From positions 1-64,000 of IMG/VR virus record IMGVR_UViG_3300009979_000004: a stretch of 64,000 nt of DNA. One strand, given 5' to 3'. Made by a program: the position numbers and the translations under genes. The notes under the pieces are model-generated. The model had not been told where the DNA came from. It saw only the letters and a list, made by a program, of their open reading frames with translations, and ran no database searches. This document shows positions 9,480-19,892 of this stretch, in pieces. The DNA is from a virus (Duplodnaviria; Caudoviricetes). How positions within the stretch are numbered: position 1 is the first letter of the stretch; each line of letters starts with the position of its first letter.

Positions 9480-10400
9480 CTACTTGACCATAGATGGCGC
9501 TCTCTTTATTGGGCGTTTCAAAGCTTCCTGAGCTTTTGATTTTAATGCAACAACCATATCAGAGTTCAATTCATCTTTGAAGTAGTACATCGTTTCTTCC
9601 AAGTTGTTTCCAATTAGTTTGTTTGTTTCTGCGTCCAGATGTTTGGTGCCTATATTCTTCAATACACCAGTATTTATCATAGTCTTGATCCAGTACCTGA
9701 TCTTCAGGTCGCCTTCATTGTAGATTTCTATAAAATTCTTTGGCTTTGTTTCTGCCTGCTCTCTTAGAGCCTTTATCTTCAACTCATCAGCGTTGGGACC
9801 TGAGAATTCTCTTGGATCAATTGCAAGCAGTGTAAGCATTGTATCTACTTTTTCCAAGTCCATCTTTATTTCTAAATACAATTGCATAGCTGCATCTTTC
9901 TCTTCCTGCTTTTTGGTATTCTGTTTGGTAACTTCGGATTTGTCAAAAATGTAAAACTGCATTAGTGCATTTCCATCTGATTGTTCTTTTGAAGAAGCTA
10001 CATAAGGATGTTTGATTGCATGACGGTAACGTATATAGTCCATTACATCTATTGGAAGATTTTTCTCAGAGAGTGGTTTGCTGTTATCTTCCAATCCGAT
10101 CTCCAGCGTCTTACCCTGACCGTGAGGTACCTGAGTTTCCAGGTTTACATAAAATTCTGTGACTTTCTTTCTGAACTCTCTATCTGTCTTATCTACATCT
10201 ATAACAAGAGGAAGTAATATTTCTTCTTCTTTGAAAGACAAGCCAGAGCCTATTCTCTTGGAAGAGACACTTTCCCAATAAGATCCTACTGCTCTTTTGG
10301 AAGTAGAAAAAAAGTCTTCAATTTCTTTTCCCTGTGCCCTGGAGAGAAATGAGCCTGCTCTGAAAATGGTTACGGTTCTACTGTTCGTGTTTGTGTGCAT
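9480..10400 (-). CDS. Conserved crAss protein downstream of MCP (gene 75-like)
   Basis: 306 aa. PIDVMDYIRYRHAIKHPYVA motif plus synteny. Confidence 0.65.
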   Translation of the reverse strand: MHTNTNSRTVTIFRAGSFLSRAQGKEIEDFFSTSKRAVGSYWESVSSKRIGSGLSFKEEEILLPLVIDVDKTDREFRKKVTEFYVNLETQVPHGQGKTLEIGLEDNSKPLSEKNLPIDVMDYIRYRHAIKHPYVASSKEQSDGNALMQFYIFDKSEVTKQNTKKQEEKDAAMQLYLEIKMDLEKVDTMLTLLAIDPREFSGPNADELKIKALREQAETKPKNFIEIYNEGDLKIRYWIKTMINTGVLKNIGTKHLDAETNKLIGNNLEETMYYFKDELNSDMVVALKSKAQEALKRPIKRAPSMVK

Positions 10401-10418
10401 GAAATATAGTTTTGTTCA

Positions 10419-10449
10419 CAAATGTAACCTCTTTATCTATATATGCAAA
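10419..10449 (-). promoter_or_regulatory. Bacteroidetes housekeeping-sigma promoter (-33 TTTG, 19 nt, -7 TACATTTG)
   Basis: Minus strand reads TTTG-CATATATAGATAAAGAGGT-TACATTTG, an exact match to TTTG-N19-21-TAnnTTTG, 19 nt upstream of the ATG at 10400. Confidence 0.75.
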
Positions 10450-10479
10450 AAATCCCTCACTTAATTAAAGGTGAGGGAT
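10447..10479 (-). terminator. Intrinsic terminator after major capsid gene
   Basis: ATCCCTCAC/GTGAGGGAT 9-bp stem followed by T6 on the minus strand. Confidence 0.75.
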
Positions 10480-10529
10480 CAAACACACAGAACAGTAAAC
10501 CATGCTGTGTGCTCAAGAGTATATGTGAA

Positions 10530-12047
10530 TTACAATCCGGCAACACACTGTAAGTCAAAGCAACGATTTGCTCTGAGAATCTGTATACCAGCGGATTTCA
10601 TGCGAACGTAAGAACTCTTATCTATATCAGTAGCTAGATCAACCGCTTGTGTTCCGGTAACGTTTCCTGACAAAATATTCAGAGAACGAGGAACAGGAGT
10701 CAAACCTTTGATCACACCATGAATGTAGCTACGACCTTTTTGAGATACGTGCTGAATGTTCGGTTGTCCGTCCACGTCACTATCATCCAGGAATACCATG
10801 CGATAGGATTCAAGAGGCAATCCACTTTCAGGATGCAAAGGTGAAGCAAGTGCTACACGACCAATATCAAATACAGGGTTCTTCTTAACTTTTACTACAT
10901 AGCCATCTATATGATAGAATGTATCAAAGAATCCACCCAATGCCAAATTGTGTCCTGTACCTGTTACAAATTTGGAAGCCACATCGCCGGCACCGAATGG
11001 TCCAATGATTGTTGCTCCTGCGTCTTTCATTGCACGATCAAATTCTCTCATACCACCTGTACCAGTCATTAAAGTGATATTCATTGTACCACTATCTGTC
11101 TGACCAAACAATGCATCACCTACTTTATTCACCAGGGTGTTGTAAGTAAGCTTGCTATAAGTAGACTTGTTTAGAATTTGTTCTAGTACACCACTACCAC
11201 GAGGAATCACTTTTCCTGTTTGAAGATCTTTCAAAGGAATAGTACCATCTACCAATCTGTTGTAACGAGAATACCAGTAATAGTGTTCACAATCTTCCAA
11301 CCAGCGTTTCTCAAACTGCCACATGAAGAAATCCATCCAGATGCTGGTCTCTCCTTTGTCAGTCATTACTGTGATACGCATTACCTTGTTTGCGGCATTA
11401 CCGGCCCATGTCATACCTGTTCTCATGAATGACATCTGATTCTTAAACAATGCCGGCATTACCATACCTGATTCTGTAGTACGGGATTCAGACTCTGCTA
11501 CTGCGGTATGAATCGCAATCCATTTTATACCTACTTCCAATTGATCCAATGGACAGAAGTCTAACGGGCCAGCGGGATCCAACTGTAATTTGTACCGGTA
11601 ACTACCATTAGGCATTGGTTCCGGATCTTCTAGCACGTATGCCTGGATACCCATTTCTGATTGGATGATGAAGAATCTCTTTATCCAGTTATCTCCGAAG
11701 AAAGCATAGAAAGGCTGATTGCCTATACCTGGCTTGTCTCCTACCTGATAGATGGTATCAAATATGATGGAAGCTTTGTTATCACGTCCCATTACAGGAT
11801 AAGTGAACTGAACATCATCTATCTCTTTAGCAGAGCGTGGGTTGTTGTAACCTACTCCACCTACTGTCATCATAGACAAAGGAAAATTCTTGTTGTAATC
11901 TCCTAAGATGTATGTTAGCTTTTTGGTAAGCTCTGAGGGAGCTCCCTGCCTCTGGTGGTAGAAGTTCAATTCGTCAAGCATAGATTTTCCATCAAAAATC
12001 ATTTCTTGCACCTGATACTTCAAAGGCTGAAACACTTGATTTGGCAT
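10530..12047 (-). CDS. Major capsid protein (crAss-type HK97 fold)
   Basis: 505 aa. GSGVLEQI, TGTGGMREFDRAM and HPESGLPLESYRMVFLD motifs. Follows portal and scaffold. Confidence 0.9.
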   Translation of the reverse strand: MPNQVFQPLKYQVQEMIFDGKSMLDELNFYHQRQGAPSELTKKLTYILGDYNKNFPLSMMTVGGVGYNNPRSAKEIDDVQFTYPVMGRDNKASIIFDTIYQVGDKPGIGNQPFYAFFGDNWIKRFFIIQSEMGIQAYVLEDPEPMPNGSYRYKLQLDPAGPLDFCPLDQLEVGIKWIAIHTAVAESESRTTESGMVMPALFKNQMSFMRTGMTWAGNAANKVMRITVMTDKGETSIWMDFFMWQFEKRWLEDCEHYYWYSRYNRLVDGTIPLKDLQTGKVIPRGSGVLEQILNKSTYSKLTYNTLVNKVGDALFGQTDSGTMNITLMTGTGGMREFDRAMKDAGATIIGPFGAGDVASKFVTGTGHNLALGGFFDTFYHIDGYVVKVKKNPVFDIGRVALASPLHPESGLPLESYRMVFLDDSDVDGQPNIQHVSQKGRSYIHGVIKGLTPVPRSLNILSGNVTGTQAVDLATDIDKSSYVRMKSAGIQILRANRCFDLQCVAGL

Positions 12048-12074
12048 TTTTGATTATTTTAGTGAGTACTATAA

Positions 12075-13175
12075 TTATATGTCGCCCAAAGGTACAAACT
12101 CAGTTTTGCTTGACTCTGTATTTGTTCCCCTAGAATTTAGTGCAGTGTCCTTCTTTACGGCAGCTCTTAATCTCTGTGTCGCTACTGTCTTTGACTTCTT
12201 CTCTACAATGGAGTTAAGATCATTGTTCATAAACTGAAAGAATTGAGATTCTACTACCTTCTTGAGATTTTTAAAGCTCCTGTCTAATTCAGTTACTATA
12301 TAAAACCTTCCATTGTCATAGCGAAGATTTTCTTTGATGAACTTATTGAATTCTACTTTCTTGGCTTCTGGAACAATGAACTTCAGGCCATCGTTGATAG
12401 TCTCGGTGATTCCACCTACCACTCTATCTACTTCTTCCTTGTATAATCTTTGCTGTTCCATCTGAATGGCTTCAATCCTCTTTACCTGTTCCTGTTCAAC
12501 TTTCCTTTGTTCATCGTATATCCCCAATGCTTTGTCCTTTAAGAGATTGTCCTTGATATATTTATCAACTGTAGCCTGTGCCAGTTCTTCCGGTACACCT
12601 CTATGAATGAGTGCAGTCTTCACAAGCTGCGACTGCTTATCTACACTTTCCTCAAACTCTTCTCTGTCTGGCAGTACAAAAGACTTCTCTGAAAAGAATT
12701 CCTCATCAGGTCTTCCTGCATCCCTGTGTAACAGGTACGCATACCCTCTTGGATCTTTTTGTTTAAGATACTCTTCAAATTTCTGGGATGCCTGCTCTCT
12801 GACTTTCTGTTCCCTGAGTGCTACTCCCTGTGGAGATATAGGATCTATTTCTCCGAAGTCCACTTCTACGGTCTCACCAGTAATCTGATCTACTGTACTC
12901 CAGAATGCTCCTACATCCAGGTCATCTTCCTGAGTGCTCTCTTCTGCTGAATCCTCCTGTTCTTCTTTTTTAGGTTCATCTTTCTTTTCAGTACTGTCTG
13001 ACTTTTTAGGGTCTTCCTGTGCTGGTGGTTGTGTAGCGGGATCAGTAAGTTCTGTAGAAGGTTCTGATGGTGTGCTTCCTTCTGGTTTAAAGTCCGGGTC
13101 TTCTGACAACCTATCTAGGTCTGCCAGGCTGTTAACGTGTGTGAGTGGTTGTTCTGCTGTGTTTTGTGTTGCCAT
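12075..13175 (-). CDS. Capsid scaffold-like protein (crAss gene 77-like)
   Basis: 366 aa with an acidic low-complexity N-terminus and coiled coil, between portal and MCP. Confidence 0.7.
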   Translation of the reverse strand: MATQNTAEQPLTHVNSLADLDRLSEDPDFKPEGSTPSEPSTELTDPATQPPAQEDPKKSDSTEKKDEPKKEEQEDSAEESTQEDDLDVGAFWSTVDQITGETVEVDFGEIDPISPQGVALREQKVREQASQKFEEYLKQKDPRGYAYLLHRDAGRPDEEFFSEKSFVLPDREEFEESVDKQSQLVKTALIHRGVPEELAQATVDKYIKDNLLKDKALGIYDEQRKVEQEQVKRIEAIQMEQQRLYKEEVDRVVGGITETINDGLKFIVPEAKKVEFNKFIKENLRYDNGRFYIVTELDRSFKNLKKVVESQFFQFMNNDLNSIVEKKSKTVATQRLRAAVKKDTALNSRGTNTESSKTEFVPLGDI

Positions 13176-13180
13176 ATTTA

Positions 13181-15616
13181 TTATTTGCTTTTAGTTAGTT
13201 TCTTATGGTTGATTGCGTTTTTCTGCTTCATATCTTTTGCTTTCAGATCAAGCCCTTTCTCCTGTAGATTAAGTTTCCTGTTCTCCATTACCATCTTGCT
13301 TACCCGATCCCTGTTTTGCTGATCGGTTTTCATACTAAGTTTCTCCCTCTCCAGTCTGAACTTCTCAATTTCCACCAGATCAGGAACTCCATTGTCATTA
13401 GCATCTCCATCCTGGAAAGTAAAGGTGTTATACTCTCCTCTGATTTTTTCAATTTCTTCCTTACGATCATACTCTGCATTCATGTAAGCTTCCTTGAGCA
13501 TCATCTCATACTCCAGGAATTCTTTTTTCCGATCATCCATGGCAGCCTGGGCTTCCTGTTCAGATGAAGCGTTCTGAGCATCTATAGTCCTTTGAATTTC
13601 TTCTATATCCTTGAGCTTGGCTTTCAGGTCAGCTACGTTTGTAGTCTGTAAAATTTCTACTATCGTAGACGGCTGTACGGCATTTTGAATCATGGCCTGT
13701 ACATTCCCTTCCAGCTTATTCTTTCTTGCAATGGCTTCTGCAGAAGAATCTACAAATACCCCCAGCTCTGCATTGCAATAATCTTCCGGAGTAATTTCCA
13801 GAAGTTGGTTTCCAAGTTCGGTATCGTACCAAAGTTTTCTCAAGCCATCTACATTGGTAAACTTGCTAAGATCCAGGAATCCCTGAAGTTCTCTTTCAGT
13901 AAACTCTTCAAACAGATTAAAGATCATGTCTGTAATAACAGTTGACTGAAATACTGCCCGCTCATTTACTCCCTGAAGATCTGAGGCATACGTCTGGCCT
14001 TTTCTTTGACGGTTGATCCCTATTATATCATCCCACTGCTGCTTAAAGTAATTCTGTAGCTCTATAAGCTGCGTAATGGACTCAAAGAGTGTCATATCAA
14101 GAACCTGATACTGGTTCCAGCTTTTATCTACTCCTATCTGATTCCGATTAAGCAGGGCATAACCAAGCGCCTCTGCATAGTAAAAGAATTTCTCATCATC
14201 CCAATCGCCTTCATTGGGAATCGTATTCTGGTCTATCAGTAATATCTTGCCTTTCGACTTGGCAATCGTTAACTCCAGTGTACGATTTACAATCATGTAC
14301 ATGATCTGAAACGGAAGTCCGATCTCCAGTATGGATATATTTTGAGAATGTGTGTTGCTGAACTTTCTTCCATTATAAGGAAGCTTGCAGGAACTAAGAT
14401 TGTTTAATGCATTTCTCTGAACTGGTATTGGCCTCATTCTCAAGTAAAGCTTTTCTCCTATTCTCCATCCCTCATATACTTCATTAGGCCATAGCCACTC
14501 TACTGTTTCCCCCATCTCTTTATCCGGTACATAATCTTCGTCTACCTCGAGCTCTTCATATTCTCCATTCTCCGGATTTATCCTGGATAATATTCCAATC
14601 TTCTTTCTACCTTTCCATACTACGTGCCATACAGGAATTTTATTGTAAGATTCCGAGTCTACATATAGTGTCTGAAGATGATAATGGAAAGAGTCGGGAG
14701 TACTAAACATGGCTATAGATTCCAGGTCTTTAGTCTCCTTATAACTATTTTTAAAATCCTGATAAAACCTGTCTACCACGTCAGAGCCTGTCATGTGCCT
14801 CAGACTGACTGCCCATTCTCCATCTTCCACATAATCAGAATCAGGAGATTTGTCATAGTCGAAATATAATCCCGGAATCCGCTCATATATTAAGTTGCTA
14901 TTCTCTACTGCTTTATAAGAATAACATTCTCCTATGATCAGCCAGTCTTTGAACATCTTGAGAAACTTGGATCTTATATGATGTTCTACTATTGCCCTGT
15001 TCAACCACTTCTGTCCCTTGATGGCAACCTTATCCCTGTAAGTAGTATGAAATGCTTCCTTGATGTCCTGCGGATATTGGATATTATTCATCTGTTCCTG
15101 TATCTGAGCCTGTGCCTCTTCTGAAACAGGCTGACCATTTTCATCCATCAATCCCTGCTGTATCAGTTCTAACTGAAGAGCCATCTGAAAGTATTGAGAG
15201 AGCCCATTGTGTATCTGCTTATTTAACTCTTCTGTGTACCGGTTGTAACCATCATCACCCATGTTGTTTACCTGATAGATAAATGGTCTTCTAGGGTACT
15301 CTGCCATTAGAAGATCGAGGTTCGTCCTGAGAATTGTTACCGGTCTTACTTTAGCCGGAAACTGTTTATGCAGAGGATTCTTTGCAGAGAGAGGGTCTGT
15401 TACATGATTGAACCAGTTCAATGGGAACTGATTATTGTATACATCATACAACATCTTCATATCTCTTCTTCCAGAAGGGCCTTGTCCCAGGTTCATACTG
15501 GATAGACTAATGTAATAGTCTACATTTTTTTTATACCATTCCTGCTTATTTTTCTCTTTCTCTCTCCAGCTGACTACCTGAATCGGTTTATTTGAGTTGG
15601 TAACTTCTACAGACAT
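13181..15616 (-). CDS. Portal protein
   Basis: 811 aa. EVYEGWRIG, KLPYNGR, WDDIIGINRQRKGQ and ERAVFQS motifs. Directly downstream of TerL. Confidence 0.9.
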   Translation of the reverse strand: MSVEVTNSNKPIQVVSWREKEKNKQEWYKKNVDYYISLSSMNLGQGPSGRRDMKMLYDVYNNQFPLNWFNHVTDPLSAKNPLHKQFPAKVRPVTILRTNLDLLMAEYPRRPFIYQVNNMGDDGYNRYTEELNKQIHNGLSQYFQMALQLELIQQGLMDENGQPVSEEAQAQIQEQMNNIQYPQDIKEAFHTTYRDKVAIKGQKWLNRAIVEHHIRSKFLKMFKDWLIIGECYSYKAVENSNLIYERIPGLYFDYDKSPDSDYVEDGEWAVSLRHMTGSDVVDRFYQDFKNSYKETKDLESIAMFSTPDSFHYHLQTLYVDSESYNKIPVWHVVWKGRKKIGILSRINPENGEYEELEVDEDYVPDKEMGETVEWLWPNEVYEGWRIGEKLYLRMRPIPVQRNALNNLSSCKLPYNGRKFSNTHSQNISILEIGLPFQIMYMIVNRTLELTIAKSKGKILLIDQNTIPNEGDWDDEKFFYYAEALGYALLNRNQIGVDKSWNQYQVLDMTLFESITQLIELQNYFKQQWDDIIGINRQRKGQTYASDLQGVNERAVFQSTVITDMIFNLFEEFTERELQGFLDLSKFTNVDGLRKLWYDTELGNQLLEITPEDYCNAELGVFVDSSAEAIARKNKLEGNVQAMIQNAVQPSTIVEILQTTNVADLKAKLKDIEEIQRTIDAQNASSEQEAQAAMDDRKKEFLEYEMMLKEAYMNAEYDRKEEIEKIRGEYNTFTFQDGDANDNGVPDLVEIEKFRLEREKLSMKTDQQNRDRVSKMVMENRKLNLQEKGLDLKAKDMKQKNAINHKKLTKSK

Positions 15617-15656
15617 ATTGTGGAATTAAGTTGTACGAAGTTATAGTTTTATTCTA

Positions 15657-15664
15657 TACTTTTG
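15657..15664 (+). promoter_or_regulatory. Bacteroidetes -7 element (TACTTTTG) oriented antisense to the structural operon
   Basis: Exact TAnnTTTG in the portal-TerL spacer. No well-spaced -33 element. Confidence 0.4.
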
Positions 15665-15693
15665 CAGAAGGACCACTAAACCTGCACAACGGG

Positions 15694-15719
15694 AGCCACT
15701 CTTTACGGAGTGGTTTTTT
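15694..15719 (+). terminator. Plus-strand intrinsic terminator in the TerL-portal spacer
   Basis: AGCCACTC-TTTACG-GAGTGGTT followed by TTTT. The U-tract is present only on the plus strand. Confidence 0.55.
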
Positions 15720-17781
15720 AGTATGCAGTAGTTGTACCACTAACAGAAGATTCTGCAAACAGAGATCTTGAATAGAATGAATCCATGTTTTTCCTGTAGT
15801 GTATCTTCTTTGTAATATTTTCTTTCAGCATGAACATGGCAATTACCAATGCCGATACCCTGTCCGTGTTTAGATATCCCGCTTTCTTCATCTCTTTTAA
15901 TAGTGGTATATCATATATCTTATGTATATTCAGAATCCTGTTTCCTTTCTCATCTATTCCTCTTTCTTCGGTATGCCAGTCTATCAGGTAGGCCATTCCC
16001 AAATTCTTGCGATCAGTAGTCATGTTCATCAAATAAGCACGGTTACGCATATTCGATGCAATCTCTTTATTATGGACCATCTCTGGTTCAAACTCTACCT
16101 TATGCAACAGGCGATGCTGGCGTGCATGATCCAGTACTCCCTTTCCGCCACCGGCAATCTCCCCCTGTACCGTACAGTTGTAATAATCCGCCAGCATGAA
16201 TAAATTATCATAACATGTCCTGAGCCTTTGGGGCCTTCCTACGTAAGAGGCCACCGGCAGACCTGCAAAAGACGGATCAATATTATTATCCTGTTTCATT
16301 ACGTATATGGCAAACAGTGAGGTCCTGTCTTCCGCATCATCTTTGTAATAAGCATCAAATACAATCTGGTAGATTCCTTCCGGAACAAATCCTTTGGCAT
16401 CGAGATAGGGCTTCTCAAATATGGTAATGCACCCTGACAGATCTGAATCATCTCCAGCCTTGTGAGGAAACTCTAAGATGGGCTTGGCTATTTCCTTCTT
16501 ATAATTGATAAACTCTACTCCATTTAAGGCATCTGCCGAATCAGACCTGATAAACTGCCCATATCGTATCAAACCCTGTATAGCCTGAGAAGATTGAATC
16601 CTCTTTATCTGGGCATCTATTTCTGCTGTATTAAAGCCATTACCATGTACACGCTGGAAGGCTTCCGAGGGCTTCCTGGGAAACTCAGCCTTTCTCCTAT
16701 CCAGTGCCTTAGGATCTTTTGATAATAATTTCTTTTCTCTCTCCACATCATCAAAAGATACCGCTCCTTCTATGTCTACATTCCCATCATCATCCATGAA
16801 TCCGAAGTTAGTCCTCCAGCAGGGAACAAAATATCCGCAGGTATCATTAGCTCCACCATACTCCCAGATATTTGGAAAAGCCAGCATGTCATAAGCTTCC
16901 GGACAGTTGAACATATCTTCTAGTCCCTCTATGCTTTCTCCTTCTTCACCCCCTGTACCAAATACAGAAATCTGTCCACAATATTTATCAGACGCTTTCA
17001 TGGATCCCAATACAATTTCATAAGCCTGCTTGAGCTTTGGAAAGGAACCCGCTTCCTCGAATGTAAACTTACGTCCTCTTTTTCCTCTGGTCTTGTGCGG
17101 ATTGTCCACTATCAGCCCCATGATTTCCGACATTGCTCCCATCTCCTGACCAGCAGAATCCAGGAAGGATGCTTTTTGATGAAGCAGTGTATTTTTCTTC
17201 ATGCGATTCTGCTTCCAGTATGGTATGTGCATGTTGATGAAATCCAATCCTTCCTGTACCTTGTTTAAGATCCCATCCTTAGTCAGGTATTGTTCGCTGG
17301 ATGCTGCGAAGTAGGATTTGGATACCGGAATAAATGTATAATTGTATACAGCATCTGCCGCTTCCATATAAGAGAATCCTGCTTCACGAGTCTTTGCACA
17401 ACAGATGTGCCTTCCGCCAGGAGATTCTATACCCATGAATGTACCCCCGTTCCAGGCAATATGCTTGAAGCGCCACCACTCATACTGCACTTCTGCAAAC
17501 CTGGGGAACCCAATCTCCTTGGTAACTGTCTTGCGGTTACTCTTCATATCTTCCAGAGAAGCCCGTGACATCGGAAAGAAATTGAGATAGAAGTAGTACC
17601 TGCCAGGAATCCATATATCTCCTACCTTGTATCCCTTGATACATCTTCTCTCCTGTTCTTCCCAATATTCAAAGTAATCCTTGCTGCCTCTTGGAGCAAT
17701 ACAATACCTTCCATTGTTTTTCTGGAAGTCATTGGCTGCTTCAGAAAAATATACCGTATTTACCAGGTTATGCCATCCCAT
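15718..17781 (-). CDS. terL: Terminase large subunit
   Basis: 687 aa. Walker A-like KTREAGFSY, Walker B FTFEEAG, FGTGGE and the nuclease-domain FDAYYKD...SLFAIYVMK. Confidence 0.92.
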   Translation of the reverse strand: MGWHNLVNTVYFSEAANDFQKNNGRYCIAPRGSKDYFEYWEEQERRCIKGYKVGDIWIPGRYYFYLNFFPMSRASLEDMKSNRKTVTKEIGFPRFAEVQYEWWRFKHIAWNGGTFMGIESPGGRHICCAKTREAGFSYMEAADAVYNYTFIPVSKSYFAASSEQYLTKDGILNKVQEGLDFINMHIPYWKQNRMKKNTLLHQKASFLDSAGQEMGAMSEIMGLIVDNPHKTRGKRGRKFTFEEAGSFPKLKQAYEIVLGSMKASDKYCGQISVFGTGGEEGESIEGLEDMFNCPEAYDMLAFPNIWEYGGANDTCGYFVPCWRTNFGFMDDDGNVDIEGAVSFDDVEREKKLLSKDPKALDRRKAEFPRKPSEAFQRVHGNGFNTAEIDAQIKRIQSSQAIQGLIRYGQFIRSDSADALNGVEFINYKKEIAKPILEFPHKAGDDSDLSGCITIFEKPYLDAKGFVPEGIYQIVFDAYYKDDAEDRTSLFAIYVMKQDNNIDPSFAGLPVASYVGRPQRLRTCYDNLFMLADYYNCTVQGEIAGGGKGVLDHARQHRLLHKVEFEPEMVHNKEIASNMRNRAYLMNMTTDRKNLGMAYLIDWHTEERGIDEKGNRILNIHKIYDIPLLKEMKKAGYLNTDRVSALVIAMFMLKENITKKIHYRKNMDSFYSRSLFAESSVSGTTTAY

Positions 17782-18196
17782 TGCTTTGCTTGTTTAGTTT
17801 CCAATACCATACATAAAATTGCATTACTGCATAACTATGATTATGAAGCAAGACTTCTTCTTCCCGCATGCTCTTGATTACAAACGGGTACTGCTTCTTA
17901 TACCTTGTATGCCTGTAAGCCCACATTACCGCATGCATAAATTCATGTGCTACTATTGCTGCTCCACAATACTCTCTGCATAGAAATACTGTTCCTACTT
18001 CAGGAGATAGTTTGTAGGGACGGTAAGTAAGTTTAGAGTAGTGACAGGAAGCCCCTTTTACCTTAGAAGACTTTCTATCTCTTGTAAACTCCTTGTAGGC
18101 ACACTGCATTTCTTTCTTATGATCATACAGTTTCACTATACAATACTTCGTCTTCCTGGTATTTAGCCATATTTTCTTACGCCGGTACTTCATCAA
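17768..18196 (-). CDS. Small HEXXH (zincin-like) putative metallopeptidase
   Basis: AIVAHEFMHAVM motif with a downstream Glu (REEEVL). Confidence 0.5.
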   Translation of the reverse strand: MMKYRRKKIWLNTRKTKYCIVKLYDHKKEMQCAYKEFTRDRKSSKVKGASCHYSKLTYRPYKLSPEVGTVFLCREYCGAAIVAHEFMHAVMWAYRHTRYKKQYPFVIKSMREEEVLLHNHSYAVMQFYVWYWKLNKQSNGMA

Positions 18197-18903
18197 TTAG
18201 ATTCCAGTATTGTATCAATATCTTTAAATCGTATAGAGCCTCCCTCATCGGGAGAAGTTTCATCAAATTCAGATTCTGTTTTCACCAGTGCATTCGTGCT
18301 GTACTTCAACTCACGGTCACCCATAGTTGCAGATCCCCTGATGCTTGATCCCTGAGAAAGTTCTTCTTCAATCTTCCTCTTCAGCTTGGCCAGCTCATCA
18401 TAAGCCTTGTTCACCGAACTGATGTTGGCAGTAAACTGATTGGGAGTATAGAGCAGCTTCCCCTGCTTGTCTGTCTGCTTGAAGTTTACCGAATCCAGGT
18501 ATTCATCCATTGCATCAAGACCCTTGAGTACTGCCTTGTAACTCTTCAGAGAACGGGAAGCTTCATATTGCAACTCCTCGTATTTCACCATAGCCTGCTG
18601 GACCGATTCCCTGTCCACATCCGATGCCTTGAGATTGGTGTACCGTAAAGATTCCTCTTTGCGTTTGGACTCCTCCCACTGGAAGATGGGAGAACTGAAG
18701 TCCAGCATGAAGTAGATGTATGCAAGCTGCCTGCGGGCGTAGTCATTCCGGTCTAGGGGAGTGATAATACGATTCTTCCCTGCTGCATAAAACAGCCTGG
18801 CGAACTCAGGAATGAGCTTGACCCATGGAGAATTCACCTTCACTGCATTGTTCTCATCAATAATAAATAGCTTCATTCTCTTTGAGGGGTTTTGGTTCAA
18901 CAA
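18193..18903 (-). CDS. Conserved crAss protein upstream of TerL (candidate small terminase)
   Basis: 236 aa. LAYIYFMLDFSSP...DKQGKLLYTP...IRG pattern. Helical, and adjacent to terL. Confidence 0.5.
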   Translation of the reverse strand: MLNQNPSKRMKLFIIDENNAVKVNSPWVKLIPEFARLFYAAGKNRIITPLDRNDYARRQLAYIYFMLDFSSPIFQWEESKRKEESLRYTNLKASDVDRESVQQAMVKYEELQYEASRSLKSYKAVLKGLDAMDEYLDSVNFKQTDKQGKLLYTPNQFTANISSVNKAYDELAKLKRKIEEELSQGSSIRGSATMGDRELKYSTNALVKTESEFDETSPDEGGSIRFKDIDTILESN

Positions 18904-19165
18904 TAGGAAGACGGAATCTGACTCTGTCGTGATTCATGTGCTGGATATTTTTCACCTTAGCTCGGAATTTTCCAAAATGAGGAACTACTACTGTTTCAAA
19001 AGCTCCCTTCTTGATAGTAGCTGCAATGAACTTGCTGACAATTCCAATACACTCTTCCACTTCTTTAGGGGATACTTTGAACTTCATTGCTGTCTCCTTG
19101 TAAAGACGACTGTTAGCTATAGTAAGATCCTTGAGCTTTTTATGATCTTCTCTTGTGGTTAACAT
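18857..19165 (-). CDS. HU/IHF-like DNA-binding protein
   Basis: VVVPHFGKFRAK matches the HU/IHF signature. Basic, about 100 aa. Confidence 0.7.
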   Translation of the reverse strand: MLTTREDHKKLKDLTIANSRLYKETAMKFKVSPKEVEECIGIVSKFIAATIKKGAFETVVVPHFGKFRAKVKNIQHMNHDRVRFRLPIVEPKPLKENEAIYY

Positions 19166-19892
19166 ATAGTTTGGTTTTATGTTCCAATATTTCCTGCACT
19201 TCTGCTCTCAGATAAGGGATATCATACTCTACCCTGGTGTTTTCATCCGGTACATGGATCAATTTCCTGTAGCCTGGCTTAAATCCAAGAGATTCTGCCA
19301 TAAACTGGTAGATGGCGAACTGAAGTGCATAGTGATTATAATTACAGTCCTGCAGGTGATTGACCGGTGGCAGCATTTTCTTGTAAGACCCATCAGGAAA
19401 CTGATAAGACTCCTGAGAGATTTTCTTATTTGTCTTATAATCCTCGATGTGCATGTACCGGGAAGATCCTACCTTTTCCAGAATAGCTTTATCTGTCCTG
19501 CCAGCGATTCTATAATAGTGATGCCAGAGTTTCAGTTCCGGATAGATGCCCTCTTCCAGTGAATCATAATTGATAAGATCCACAGGTAGCTGGTGGTGTA
19601 CCTTGAGAGACCTGCCACTCAGCGTAGCTGCACCTTCTTTTATCATTTGCCGCTCGTACTTGTCATGAACAGATGTTCCATAATCTGCTGCATCTTTGGA
19701 AATCTTAGCCCACTCCTTTATCCAGTACTCAGGAGTATTCCCCTTCTTGCGTGCGGTAATTTCTGCCATCTTCCTCTTGTCAAAAGGCTGCTTGTATTGG
19801 GAAATTATCTGAGTAGCAGAAGTATAGAATATCTTCTTTCTCCCATCGAGTATAAAATACGTATGTGTCCTGTCATCGTAGAATACCTGCAT
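19140..19892 (-). CDS. PD-(D/E)XK (Cas4/RecB-like) exonuclease; start re-called to MQVFYDD
   Basis: YGTSVHD, IAGRTD, IEDYKTN and YALQFAIYQ motifs. Confidence 0.8.
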   Translation of the reverse strand: MQVFYDDRTHTYFILDGRKKIFYTSATQIISQYKQPFDKRKMAEITARKKGNTPEYWIKEWAKISKDAADYGTSVHDKYERQMIKEGAATLSGRSLKVHHQLPVDLINYDSLEEGIYPELKLWHHYYRIAGRTDKAILEKVGSSRYMHIEDYKTNKKISQESYQFPDGSYKKMLPPVNHLQDCNYNHYALQFAIYQFMAESLGFKPGYRKLIHVPDENTRVEYDIPYLRAEVQEILEHKTKLYVNHKRRS

